Shown: positions 53,368-62,034 of the stretch, one piece after another
Numbering within the stretch: position 1 is the first letter of the stretch
Layout of the letters: every line of letters starts with the position of its first letter
Assembly: GCA_963666425.2 (NCBI GenBank)
Contig: OY762825.2
Coordinates: 544,001-608,000, forward strand
From: Bacillota bacterium
GTDB taxonomy: Bacteria > Bacillota > JAAYKD01
Reading direction: 5' to 3'
DNA: 64,000 nt
Program-made: the position numbers and the translations under genes
Notes under the pieces: generated by a model
The model's input: the letters and a program-made list of their open reading frames with translations, nothing else
The model's database searches: none
What the model was told of the DNA's origin: nothing

Positions 53368-54546
53368 ATGAAAGAGAATCAAAGGTATCTGTTGGAGAGA
53401 ACGGAAGCGTTAAAAGAATCCGGTCTGTATAACAATATCAAGACGATCGAATCTGCACAAGGCGCTTGGATTCAAATCAATGGCAAACGCGTTCTGAATA
53501 TGTGCGCCAACAACTACTTGGGTTTAGCCAACAATCCGCGTATGGATCAGGCTGCCAAAGACGCGATCGACAAATTCGGCGTAGGTCCCGGCGCCGTCCG
53601 TTCCATTGCCGGCACGCAAGCGATTCACATTCAGCTGGATCAGGAAGTAGCGAAATTCAAACATGTTGAAGCTGCGCTGACCTTGCAAGGCGGTTTTGTG
53701 GCGAACCAGGCTGTCATTGCTCCTCTCGTCGGCAAAGGTGATACAATTCTTTCCGATGAATTAAATCATGCTTCCATTATTGACGGTGCCCGGCTTTCCG
53801 GTGCTAAAATTAAAGTATTCAAACATTGCGATATGGAGTCATTAGAAGAATTGCTCAAGGGCGAAAATGATGGTCGCGTCTTGGTTATCACCGATGGCGT
53901 TTTCTCCATGGACGGTGATGTAGCCGATCTGCCAAAAATCGTGGAATTATGTGAAAAATACGGTGCCATGTCTATGGTGGATGATGCCCATGGCGAAGGT
54001 GTTCTGGGTGAAGGCGGCCGCGGTATTGTTGACCACTTCAAACTGCATGGCCGCTGCGATGTTGAAATTGGCACTTTCTCCAAGGCGCTCGGCACAGTCG
54101 GCGGTTTTATTGCCGGTTCCACTGTTCTGATTGATTATCTGAAGCAGAAAGCCCGTCCGTTCCTCTTCTCTTCCGCTTTACCTGCTGCCGACGTAGCTGC
54201 TACATTGGAAGCTATCCACATTTTAAGCGAAAATACCGATTTAGTTGATAAATTATGGGACAACGGCCGTTTCTTTAAAGCTGAAATGCAAAAATTAGGC
54301 TTTGATACCGGTCATTCCGCAACACCCATCACTCCGGTTATGCTGGGTGAGGCCAGTATCGCGCACGAATTCAGCAAAAGATTACTTGCCGAAGATGTTT
54401 TCGCCAGCGCGATTGGCTTCCCAACCGTACCGCAGGGCAAAGCCCGTATCCGCGTGATGATCTCCGCCGCGCATGAAAAAGCCGATCTGGAATATGCTTT
54501 GGAGAAATTCGCCAAAGTCGGCCGCGAAATGGGAATCATTAAATAA
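53368..54546 (+). CDS. kbl: Glycine C-acetyltransferase (alpha-oxoamine synthase family)
   Basis: [51 protein letters not shown]. Confidence 0.85.
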   Translation: MKENQRYLLERTEALKESGLYNNIKTIESAQGAWIQINGKRVLNMCANNYLGLANNPRMDQAAKDAIDKFGVGPGAVRSIAGTQAIHIQLDQEVAKFKHVEAALTLQGGFVANQAVIAPLVGKGDTILSDELNHASIIDGARLSGAKIKVFKHCDMESLEELLKGENDGRVLVITDGVFSMDGDVADLPKIVELCEKYGAMSMVDDAHGEGVLGEGGRGIVDHFKLHGRCDVEIGTFSKALGTVGGFIAGSTVLIDYLKQKARPFLFSSALPAADVAATLEAIHILSENTDLVDKLWDNGRFFKAEMQKLGFDTGHSATPITPVMLGEASIAHEFSKRLLAEDVFASAIGFPTVPQGKARIRVMISAAHEKADLEYALEKFAKVGREMGIIK

Positions 54547-54567
54547 GACAATTGTTCAATCATTAAG

Positions 54568-54607
54568 AAGGAGCTGCAGCAAAATTTAGATTTTGCTGCA
54601 GCTCCTG
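54568..54607. terminator. Terminator-like hairpin
   Basis: AGGAGCTGCAGCAAAAT-TTAG-ATTTTGCTGCAGCTCCT. Confidence 0.7.
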
Positions 54608-54763
54608 CTTATACTATAGCGACACAGACCGGAATAAGAAGCTACCCGGTTCAGAAAAGGCGGTTATCATTAGTTTTTGCTCTGCGATCTATCGAAAAAT
54701 CCGACTGAACCATTCCCAGGCTGCCGAACTCATCTCGCTATTCCTGCTGGTGTAGCGACTGCT

Positions 54764-54964
54764 CTATTTTTTCAAGAAGCCGGCAATCAGAGAAGCAATA
54801 TAGAGGCCACAAAAAACTACGATCGTTGGGAGCATTACAGCAGTAGATGTTATTTTCAGAAACACATTCATAATAAAGATGATAGGTGCAAGAATCACGA
54901 CAGCTCCAGTCAGCTTTTCTTGCAGCGGCGGGAAGCGGTAGGGATGTCTGGGTTGTTCTTCCAT
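54764..54964 (-). CDS. Small two-TM membrane protein, copy 2
   Basis: AGGAGGTG RBS; 66 aa; paralog of 59831-60028. Confidence 0.8.
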   Translation of the reverse strand: MEEQPRHPYRFPPLQEKLTGAVVILAPIIFIMNVFLKITSTAVMLPTIVVFCGLYIASLIAGFLKK

Positions 54965-55802
54965 TTCTTTCACCTCCTAATCTTGATTATACTCTCTCAA
55001 TTACGGTATGTTATACTGAGTCGGTTCTCAGATTTTCAATTGCTTAGCTTCAGGATTCAGGATTTGATATATTTTTCTCTTTGGTAACAGATATCAACAT
55101 ATCATTAATAATTCCAGCATTATCTATATTTCTCCTTTAAATACTCCCTAATTAAAATATACATCATCCTAATATGTTAACTAAACAATTTGCTATTTAT
55201 AATGTTTTCCGACATTACAATTTTTAATGATTAAGTAGAATGTATATTTATTTAATTTTTCGTATTATTTTCGATTTATTATACAAGACGCGCTAAGAAA
55301 ACCTTTATTTCAAACTCTTTTATTCTATTCTCACATTTATATTAACATGATGAAAGCATTTTAAATAATTTCAACAGACCAACAAATCACTACATAATTT
55401 CATCCGACTGCCGTGTTTTATTTTCTATGTGCATCTCACCCTCAGTAAAATGTGTGACAGTCAGCGTGACGCCAGTCTTCTTGTTTACAGATATCAATCG
55501 GTGTTGTTGTTATTTCCCAATACAGCACCAAGAATTTTAACAAAACAACCACGTTCAGGGGTTGTAGCAAAACGAAAAATTGCTTCAGTCCCTTTATGCT
55601 TTTGATGAGACACCCCTTGGGCTCTTGTGCTAGTTACACATTGAGCTCCTTGTTGAGGGGTGTCTTTTCCTTTCTCTTTTTGGCCATCATACCAAACAAC
55701 TCTCGGTCAGGCAAACTTAGCATTTTGCGGCCTGTTTGACTTGGCTATAACATTTTACAATATTGATACGTTTTCACACAGTCTGCCGTCCCCTTGGTGC
55801 AA

Positions 55803-56888
55803 TCATTCTACCGCGATAGCTGATTTAATTTTTGCTATCAACTGCTCAGATTTTTCAGTGCTATCTCCTAAATTACCCAAACATTGCCAGCGTTCCATGA
55901 TGACACCGTTTGCATTAAGCAATACAACGAGAGGCGTCTCACCTAAAAAGCCCTGTAATTGAAGATCGACATCAATATAGTAGGGATAGTTATCGAAAGG
56001 GCTCAGTAATTCAGGCCAAGTTTGCATCCATTCCAAGTTTCGTTTCTTCAAATTTGAATATTGCGCTGTATATTCTGCGTTAAGTAAATCAGGATATTGT
56101 TCAGAAATTTCATTTTTCTTCATCATCTGCTCCGTGTTACGAGTGAAAATCGGCACGATATCTACTTTTTGGAATAACTCTTTCGCCATATTAAGCCATT
56201 CAATAAAAAGCTGGAGTTCGCTCTCCAGAGAGATAATAACTAGCATGGTTGGTTTATTAACAATTAAATTGCTCTCAACATCCTTCCTAAGCAGTGTAAT
56301 TTGAGGAAGTATCTCTCCAACTCTCAGTAGATATCTGCTGTCACGTTCATCAGTCAACCATTCTTTAACATGATTAACACTTAATACCGAATAGCGGTTA
56401 AATACTTTTTTGACTACACCATTTTCCAACCAGAGTAAGAAAATATTACCATTCACTGTTTTCAGTTTTAAAGCAGATCTATCTTCCACACTAATTTGGA
56501 GAACCCGGTTTAATTCTCGATATGGCTCATCATACCTGATGGCATTTTTCAATCCTCAGGTACCTGAATCCGCAACCGGTACATAGAGAAGATATTTTTC
56601 TACTTCTATTTCAAGAAGACTATATAACTCCAAATAATCTTTTGTACCATTACTAATAATAACCAAGCCGTTCTGAATACCTAACTGCGTAAGTGGAAAC
56701 ACATCACCCGGCCTTAATCCCATTTCCTCTTCAGATAAATAACTAGTTGCTTCAGGGAATGGATTCTCAATTAGATAATTTGATTTATGAATCATTGGTA
56801 CTTCCCCATCTGGAGCTACGGCTAGATTACATCCCGCTATAAAGATAAGCAAAAGAATCATGATTAAGAACTGGAATGGTGTTTTCAT
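55803..56888 (-). pseudogene. Lipoprotein interrupted by one in-frame TGA (56556-58); paralog of 60851-62017
   Basis: The 110-aa and 249-aa ORFs are in the same frame (…DSGT*GLKNA…); lipobox IAGC; shared PF-x(2-4)-EEE, GD-x-FP and GV-x3-W-x-C blocks with the intact paralog. Confidence 0.75.
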
Positions 56889-56910
56889 ACTTCGCTCCTT
56901 TCTTATTTTA

Positions 56911-59511
56911 CTATAACCACTCGGCTGGTGTTCTTTTACTAAATCTTCTTGCTGGCAACCAGAAAGCCAATATCACAATGATCATTTCAAGAAGATTGAT
57001 TAAAATGACCGGAAACTGATTCAGTTGTGAAAATTGCGCTATACCACTTTTTCTAATGAAGAACAGATACCCGAACAATGCTCCAAATAATCCAACCGGT
57101 ATAAAGGGTAATCCGGTCTGCAGAAGCAAAGTCAACTCAGCAATACCGGCTCTTGCACCTAAAACCCTGAGTATCGCTATGGTTCGTGATAATTCTCTGC
57201 TTTTGACTAAGGAAAAGGCGAATAACCCTATTGCGGTAATCACTATGGCAAGAAATATTAGACTGTAACTGCTAAATAAGAAAGATTTTTCCACACGATA
57301 TACATATTGCATGTCATCAAACGGTTGTCTAGCGACTAAAGGAATCACTTGTTTTGGCAGCCAGTCTTGCACCAAGGTGCGAGCGATCATCAATTCAGCG
57401 TGATTCTGATTTCTTATAATTACCTGCGGTTGATAAAACTCTCCAAAACCAGCAATATCATGCTCTTCAGCTGTACTCCCCTTGATAATGAGTGCAGTAT
57501 CCAATGAGAATTGTTGGCTTGTCTCCTTTTCCTGGATAATTCCCACTATTTGCAGTGGAATTTCATGACTACCTTTTCCCACATAGAGTATTTTGCCAAT
57601 CGAATCCCCTTTTGGAAATAGTTTTTGTGCTAAATCATATCCAATTACAAGATCGTTTGAATCCTCCAGCCACTGACCTTCTATTAGCAATAGGTTAGCG
57701 TTTTTTAAAAAATCCCCCTCTACAAAAGCAATGGGACTTACATTTTGATAAATCATGTAGGAAAAATCGATGTTTTTCCACGCTGTTTGCCATGATATTG
57801 AGCCATAATTGGCAACATCCTGATTTGCTAATTCTTTCAAATAAGTGCTGGAGAAATCTTCTGTGTTCAATTTAAACTCACTCTCAATGATAAGTAGATC
57901 TTTCCCTGCTGAACTTAGTGTTGCTTCTATGGAGTGTAGTTGTTGCACTCCATAGAGTGAGGCAAAGGTGAGCGCGGTCGATATTACTAGAAACGCCATT
58001 AACATGAAATCTCTACGGAGGTCAATCACTTTTCGTTTTCTTTTATAAGGGTTGTTCATTATGTTCAATGGTGGTATTTTTACGATAAAATAGATGGGTA
58101 TCAAACAACACAAAGGTCCGATCATCAGCGTAAGTACCATACCCAGTAAAGTTTTCCACCATTCTATTTGTAATGGTATATTGAGAATACTGGATAAAAA
58201 CGGTAGTATTAATCTCGATATAGGAAATGTCAATAATGCCGCTAAAGCAGAAAGACTCAAATAGCGTTTTACATACTCGCGCTCTATTTCTTCTTCAGAA
58301 GCGCCTAAGGCTCGGCAGATACCAATGGGTTTCAATTCTTGCTGAATATGTATCATGATTAAACTAATAATGATGAGCAGCGAGATCGATACTGTTAGGT
58401 AACACAAGGTAGCAATCGGTACTGTTGATTCGACGATAAACTGATAGCTTTCGCCACCAAGATTTGATACCTTTTCAACAGTTACACGCATTCCGTATTT
58501 TGCTTGCATTTCATTTTCGGCTAACTGCAAGGTCTGATCTTGTTTAGCAGCATCAGTTATGGTGAAATAAATATAACGATAAGGGACCGGTTGTATCAAT
58601 GTGCTTTGGAGAATTCGACCATCTTCGTCGCGTAATTTGAAGAAATCAACTTCGTTTCCTAACTCTGTCTGGTCTTCTGATTCTGGACCAAACGTCGTAT
58701 AAAAATCACTGGTATGAATTTCCTGACTAAACACCTCATCGGAAGGTAATGGTAAGTAGATACTCACGTTGTATCGATTGTATATGCCAATGCCGTATCT
58801 TCGATAATTTTCTTCTTCTTGTTCTCGCCAAGATAAAACACCGATAACGCTACCACGAAAGCGATTTTCGGAGTTCAAAATGACTTCATCGTAATATTCT
58901 TGAACGGCAAGGTTGTTTTCTTTATAATAGGCTTTTTTGTATTGAAAACCAATCTCACTAATGCTGCTGCCGAGCTGAAGCTGTTCCCAATTTTGAACAT
59001 CGCTGCCGATCACTACCCAATCTTTATCGGTAGCACTAGGAAATGTACCTTCTTGCAGCGTCAAGCCTAGTGTATCAAAATAGGAAGGTTCTACATATTG
59101 TACATGATAAGGAAATACGCTCATCCAAACTTCTTCATATGGACCATATACGGAACCTTTCGGTACATTAAAATTCTCAGAATAGCGTTTTTTAAAAAAT
59201 TCAATTGTTTGATCAGTATCAAATCTACCTACAAGACTGCCTAAAGAGGCACTGGCGATGTTTTCAATATTCTCTATCTTCTCTCGATCTTCCCGACTAA
59301 AAAAAGTCCCCTCTTCTGCTTCGGAGGGTAGACGCAATGAATATACCTCTGAAAGATTTCTGTTAATTTCTTCAAAGACTTTTTCTTTATATCCTTGCCC
59401 AATACCCAATGCAATTTGAATGGATACCCCAGCAAGGGTAATTGTAAGAATAATCGTCCAAACCGTGATTCGCGATATCTTATTATGCGGGAATAGTATT
59501 TTCATATTCAC
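56911..59511 (-). CDS. MacB/FtsX-type ABC permease (double-length)
   Basis: Two periplasmic-core plus FtsX halves (GICRALGAS, AILRVLGA). Confidence 0.87.
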   Translation of the reverse strand: MNMKILFPHNKISRITVWTIILTITLAGVSIQIALGIGQGYKEKVFEEINRNLSEVYSLRLPSEAEEGTFFSREDREKIENIENIASASLGSLVGRFDTDQTIEFFKKRYSENFNVPKGSVYGPYEEVWMSVFPYHVQYVEPSYFDTLGLTLQEGTFPSATDKDWVVIGSDVQNWEQLQLGSSISEIGFQYKKAYYKENNLAVQEYYDEVILNSENRFRGSVIGVLSWREQEEENYRRYGIGIYNRYNVSIYLPLPSDEVFSQEIHTSDFYTTFGPESEDQTELGNEVDFFKLRDEDGRILQSTLIQPVPYRYIYFTITDAAKQDQTLQLAENEMQAKYGMRVTVEKVSNLGGESYQFIVESTVPIATLCYLTVSISLLIIISLIMIHIQQELKPIGICRALGASEEEIEREYVKRYLSLSALAALLTFPISRLILPFLSSILNIPLQIEWWKTLLGMVLTLMIGPLCCLIPIYFIVKIPPLNIMNNPYKRKRKVIDLRRDFMLMAFLVISTALTFASLYGVQQLHSIEATLSSAGKDLLIIESEFKLNTEDFSSTYLKELANQDVANYGSISWQTAWKNIDFSYMIYQNVSPIAFVEGDFLKNANLLLIEGQWLEDSNDLVIGYDLAQKLFPKGDSIGKILYVGKGSHEIPLQIVGIIQEKETSQQFSLDTALIIKGSTAEEHDIAGFGEFYQPQVIIRNQNHAELMIARTLVQDWLPKQVIPLVARQPFDDMQYVYRVEKSFLFSSYSLIFLAIVITAIGLFAFSLVKSRELSRTIAILRVLGARAGIAELTLLLQTGLPFIPVGLFGALFGYLFFIRKSGIAQFSQLNQFPVILINLLEMIIVILAFWLPARRFSKRTPAEWL

Positions 59512-59531
59512 TCCTCTTTATATTGGAGTTT

Positions 59532-59563
59532 CGTAAGGGTAATTCCCTTACAATTACCCTTAC
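59532..59563. other. Perfect 12-bp hairpin upstream of the permease
   Basis: GTAAGGGTAATT-CCCTTAC-AATTACCCTTAC. Confidence 0.6.
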
Positions 59564-59738
59564 ATCACTTTCTATCTAGGCAGTTGTATTGCAAGATTCC
59601 AATCGCGATCACAGGTCACATCCCAAGTGCAATATGCATAATCATATTTATTACAAAACTACGAAAATAGTATTTAAATAGTAAATTTAACATCAATTTG
59701 AATCTTTTAGAATCCTGCTTTATTCTTAAAGAACAAAG

Positions 59739-59764
59739 AGGGGCTGAAGCAAAACAGCCCCTTT
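59739..59764 (-). terminator. Terminator-like hairpin after small protein copy 1
   Basis: AGGGGCTG-AAGCAAAA-CAGCCCCT. Confidence 0.55.
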
Positions 59765-59830
59765 GTAGCTTAACGACAGGCTAAAATATAACTCAATTTA
59801 GATAATTGCTGTCCATAAAGGACAACTACC

Positions 59831-60028
59831 TTACTTTTTCATTTTTCCCGCAATCAGGGAGGCAACGTAAACGAGGCCCATCAGTACAATCAGGGGAATC
59901 ATCACAGCGGAAGAGGTTACTTTCATAAACACGTTCAAAACAAAAATAACACCGGCTAAAATCACAACAGCACCGGTCAATTTTTCCTGCAGCGGCGGGA
60001 AACGGTAGGGATGTCTGGGTTCTTCCAT
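59831..60028 (-). CDS. Small two-TM membrane protein, copy 1
   Basis: AGGAGGTG RBS; 65 aa; PRHPYRFPPLQEKLTGAVVILA identical in both copies. Confidence 0.8.
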   Translation of the reverse strand: MEEPRHPYRFPPLQEKLTGAVVILAGVIFVLNVFMKVTSSAVMIPLIVLMGLVYVASLIAGKMKK

Positions 60029-60099
60029 TTTTCTCACCTCCTAATCTTGCTTATAACTTTTCAATGATGAAATACGATACTTATTCGATTGGCAGATTT

Positions 60100-60831
60100 T
60101 CAATTGCTTTGGTCAATGATCTCTTCAATCCTGCCATCCTTCAGTTTGACAATGCGATCTGCGATTTGCGCCAGCTCCGGGTTATGTGACGCCACGATCA
60201 CGGTCATTCCCTCGTTATTTAATTTCTGTAGTAATTCTAAGATCATTTGATGATTGATACTATCCAGATTGCCTGTTGGTTCATCAGCTAACAGTAAGGA
60301 TGGTTGGTTCATCATCGCTCTGGCAATGGCTACGCGCTGTTCTTGACCACCGGATAATTCGTTGGGATAATGATCCATCCGGTCTTTCAGGCCAACTTGC
60401 TGAAGTAAATCGATTGCTCTCTCACGATTCTCTTTCTCCGGTTTCAGGGATGTCACATATTTTGCCGGCTGCATTACATTTTCTAAAGCAGTTTTATCTT
60501 CCAGTAAATTATAATCCTGAAAAACAAAGCCAATACGTTCTGCCCGAAAGGCGGAGAGCTTTTTATCATCGATGTAAGAGATAGAGCCCAAGCTGCCATC
60601 ACCAGCTAAAACTTGGTCTTCAAAAAGGTAATTACCCTCTTCCGGTTGCAGCAAAGTACCTAATAAATAAAGAAAGGTTGACTTACCGCTGCCCGAAGGA
60701 CCCCATAAGGTGATCCATTCGCCAGGATAAACTTCCAAGCTCGCCCGATCCAACGCTCTTATTTCCACATCACGTTTTTGGTATATTTTGCTGATATCTT
60801 TCACCAGCAATAACGGTTTGCTGCTCTCCAT
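60100..60831 (-). CDS. ABC transporter ATP-binding protein (LolD/MacB type)
   Basis: GPSGSGKST, GFVFQ, LSGGQEQRVAIARA, ADEPTGNLD. Confidence 0.95.
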   Translation of the reverse strand: MESSKPLLLVKDISKIYQKRDVEIRALDRASLEVYPGEWITLWGPSGSGKSTFLYLLGTLLQPEEGNYLFEDQVLAGDGSLGSISYIDDKKLSAFRAERIGFVFQDYNLLEDKTALENVMQPAKYVTSLKPEKENRERAIDLLQQVGLKDRMDHYPNELSGGQEQRVAIARAMMNQPSLLLADEPTGNLDSINHQMILELLQKLNNEGMTVIVASHNPELAQIADRIVKLKDGRIEEIIDQSN

Positions 60832-60850
60832 CCTTCATGCTCCTTTCTGC

Positions 60851-62017
60851 CTAATGTGTTAACTCGGTTATCGCTTTTTCTAACATGCTTTGCATCAGCA
60901 TGCTTTCTTCTTTATTTCCTAAGGTCATGCGGCAGAGCCATTCGTTGATCAGGACTCCCTGTTCATCAAACAAGAAAAAATTATTCAATTCCGCATCACG
61001 ATCATCTGTTTCTTTCAACGTGGGGTGAACAGTATGAATCAGATTGAATCTGCGCACCATTTCGTAAGATTGATCTTCGTAAATCAATAAATCCGGATAC
61101 TTTTGCTGTAATTTCTCTGTTTCTTTCAGGAAAGCTTCCATCTGGTTTATATAACTATCACGGTAATACCACTCGGTTTTTGTGTTCGCATTCTCTCGCA
61201 GCGCCAGCTCTTGCAGTATGATTGGATATCTTGTACGCACTTCGGTGCTTTGTAAAACCACCGCCACTCGTATCTGATCTTTCAGAGCGTCGAGCAACGC
61301 GTTTAATTGCGAAGTATTTCCTTCAAATGTCCAATGAATCAGCAAGGTAGGTTCGGTTATTTCCAGTTTTTCTTTTGTTTGTGTTTGTGACCGAACCAAT
61401 GTGAGGTTCTGTAAAGATTTGCCGATTTGCACCAGTGTCGTAATTTCTTCTTCCGTAACAAAATAGGAGTAAACATCTTCAAAATGGTTCACCGCATAAT
61501 AGAAATACTGCCTTTGTATTATCCCGTCTGCCAACAGCCAAACCGCAGGTTGAAAGTATTTCACCAAACTCAGATAATCCTGCTGAAATCCTAATTTCAT
61601 GAAGTCACTCTGCTGCATTTTGATCAGTTCGGTATTCGCAGGCAGATCCAGCACCTCATAAAAAGGTAAGCTGCGCAGCGGCGCTAATCCGCCAATCAGG
61701 AGCGTGACAGGAGCAAGCTTGGCAAGCTGCAATAAGTCTTGCATGACCAATTCTTCGTATAATGAATCGCTTCCCGTGGTCAGGATGACAAAGCCGTCCT
61801 GAATACCTGAGATCGGAAACGCGTCACCCGTTTGCGTCTGTATGTACTCCCGTTGTTTTGAAACCTCTTCTTCTGAAAAAGGTTTCAAAACGCTCCATAA
61901 TTTGGGAGCGTCCCGGGAATTAACAGGTTCTTCTTTCTGCGGTTGACATCCGCTGAGCAGAATGATAAGCAGCAGCAAAAGTATGCCGCTCTTTTTTACT
62001 TTAAACGAACGCTGCAT
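60851..62017 (-). CDS. Lipoprotein of unknown function (possibly two degenerate thioredoxin-like domains)
   Basis: Lipobox LSGC; start ATG 62017; IGKSLQNLTL and FFLFDEQGVL resemble AhpC/TSA-fold edges but there is no CxxC. Confidence 0.75.
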   Translation of the reverse strand: MQRSFKVKKSGILLLLLIILLSGCQPQKEEPVNSRDAPKLWSVLKPFSEEEVSKQREYIQTQTGDAFPISGIQDGFVILTTGSDSLYEELVMQDLLQLAKLAPVTLLIGGLAPLRSLPFYEVLDLPANTELIKMQQSDFMKLGFQQDYLSLVKYFQPAVWLLADGIIQRQYFYYAVNHFEDVYSYFVTEEEITTLVQIGKSLQNLTLVRSQTQTKEKLEITEPTLLIHWTFEGNTSQLNALLDALKDQIRVAVVLQSTEVRTRYPIILQELALRENANTKTEWYYRDSYINQMEAFLKETEKLQQKYPDLLIYEDQSYEMVRRFNLIHTVHPTLKETDDRDAELNNFFLFDEQGVLINEWLCRMTLGNKEESMLMQSMLEKAITELTH

Positions 62018-62034
62018 CAGTTCCACCCCCTTCT

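Noticed and set aside
55030-55135. RBS followed by MLELLMIC-stop-YLLPKRKIYQILNPEAKQLKI on the minus strand
   Set aside because: Very short, interrupted and in AT-rich DNA; cannot be distinguished from chance or a decayed remnant.
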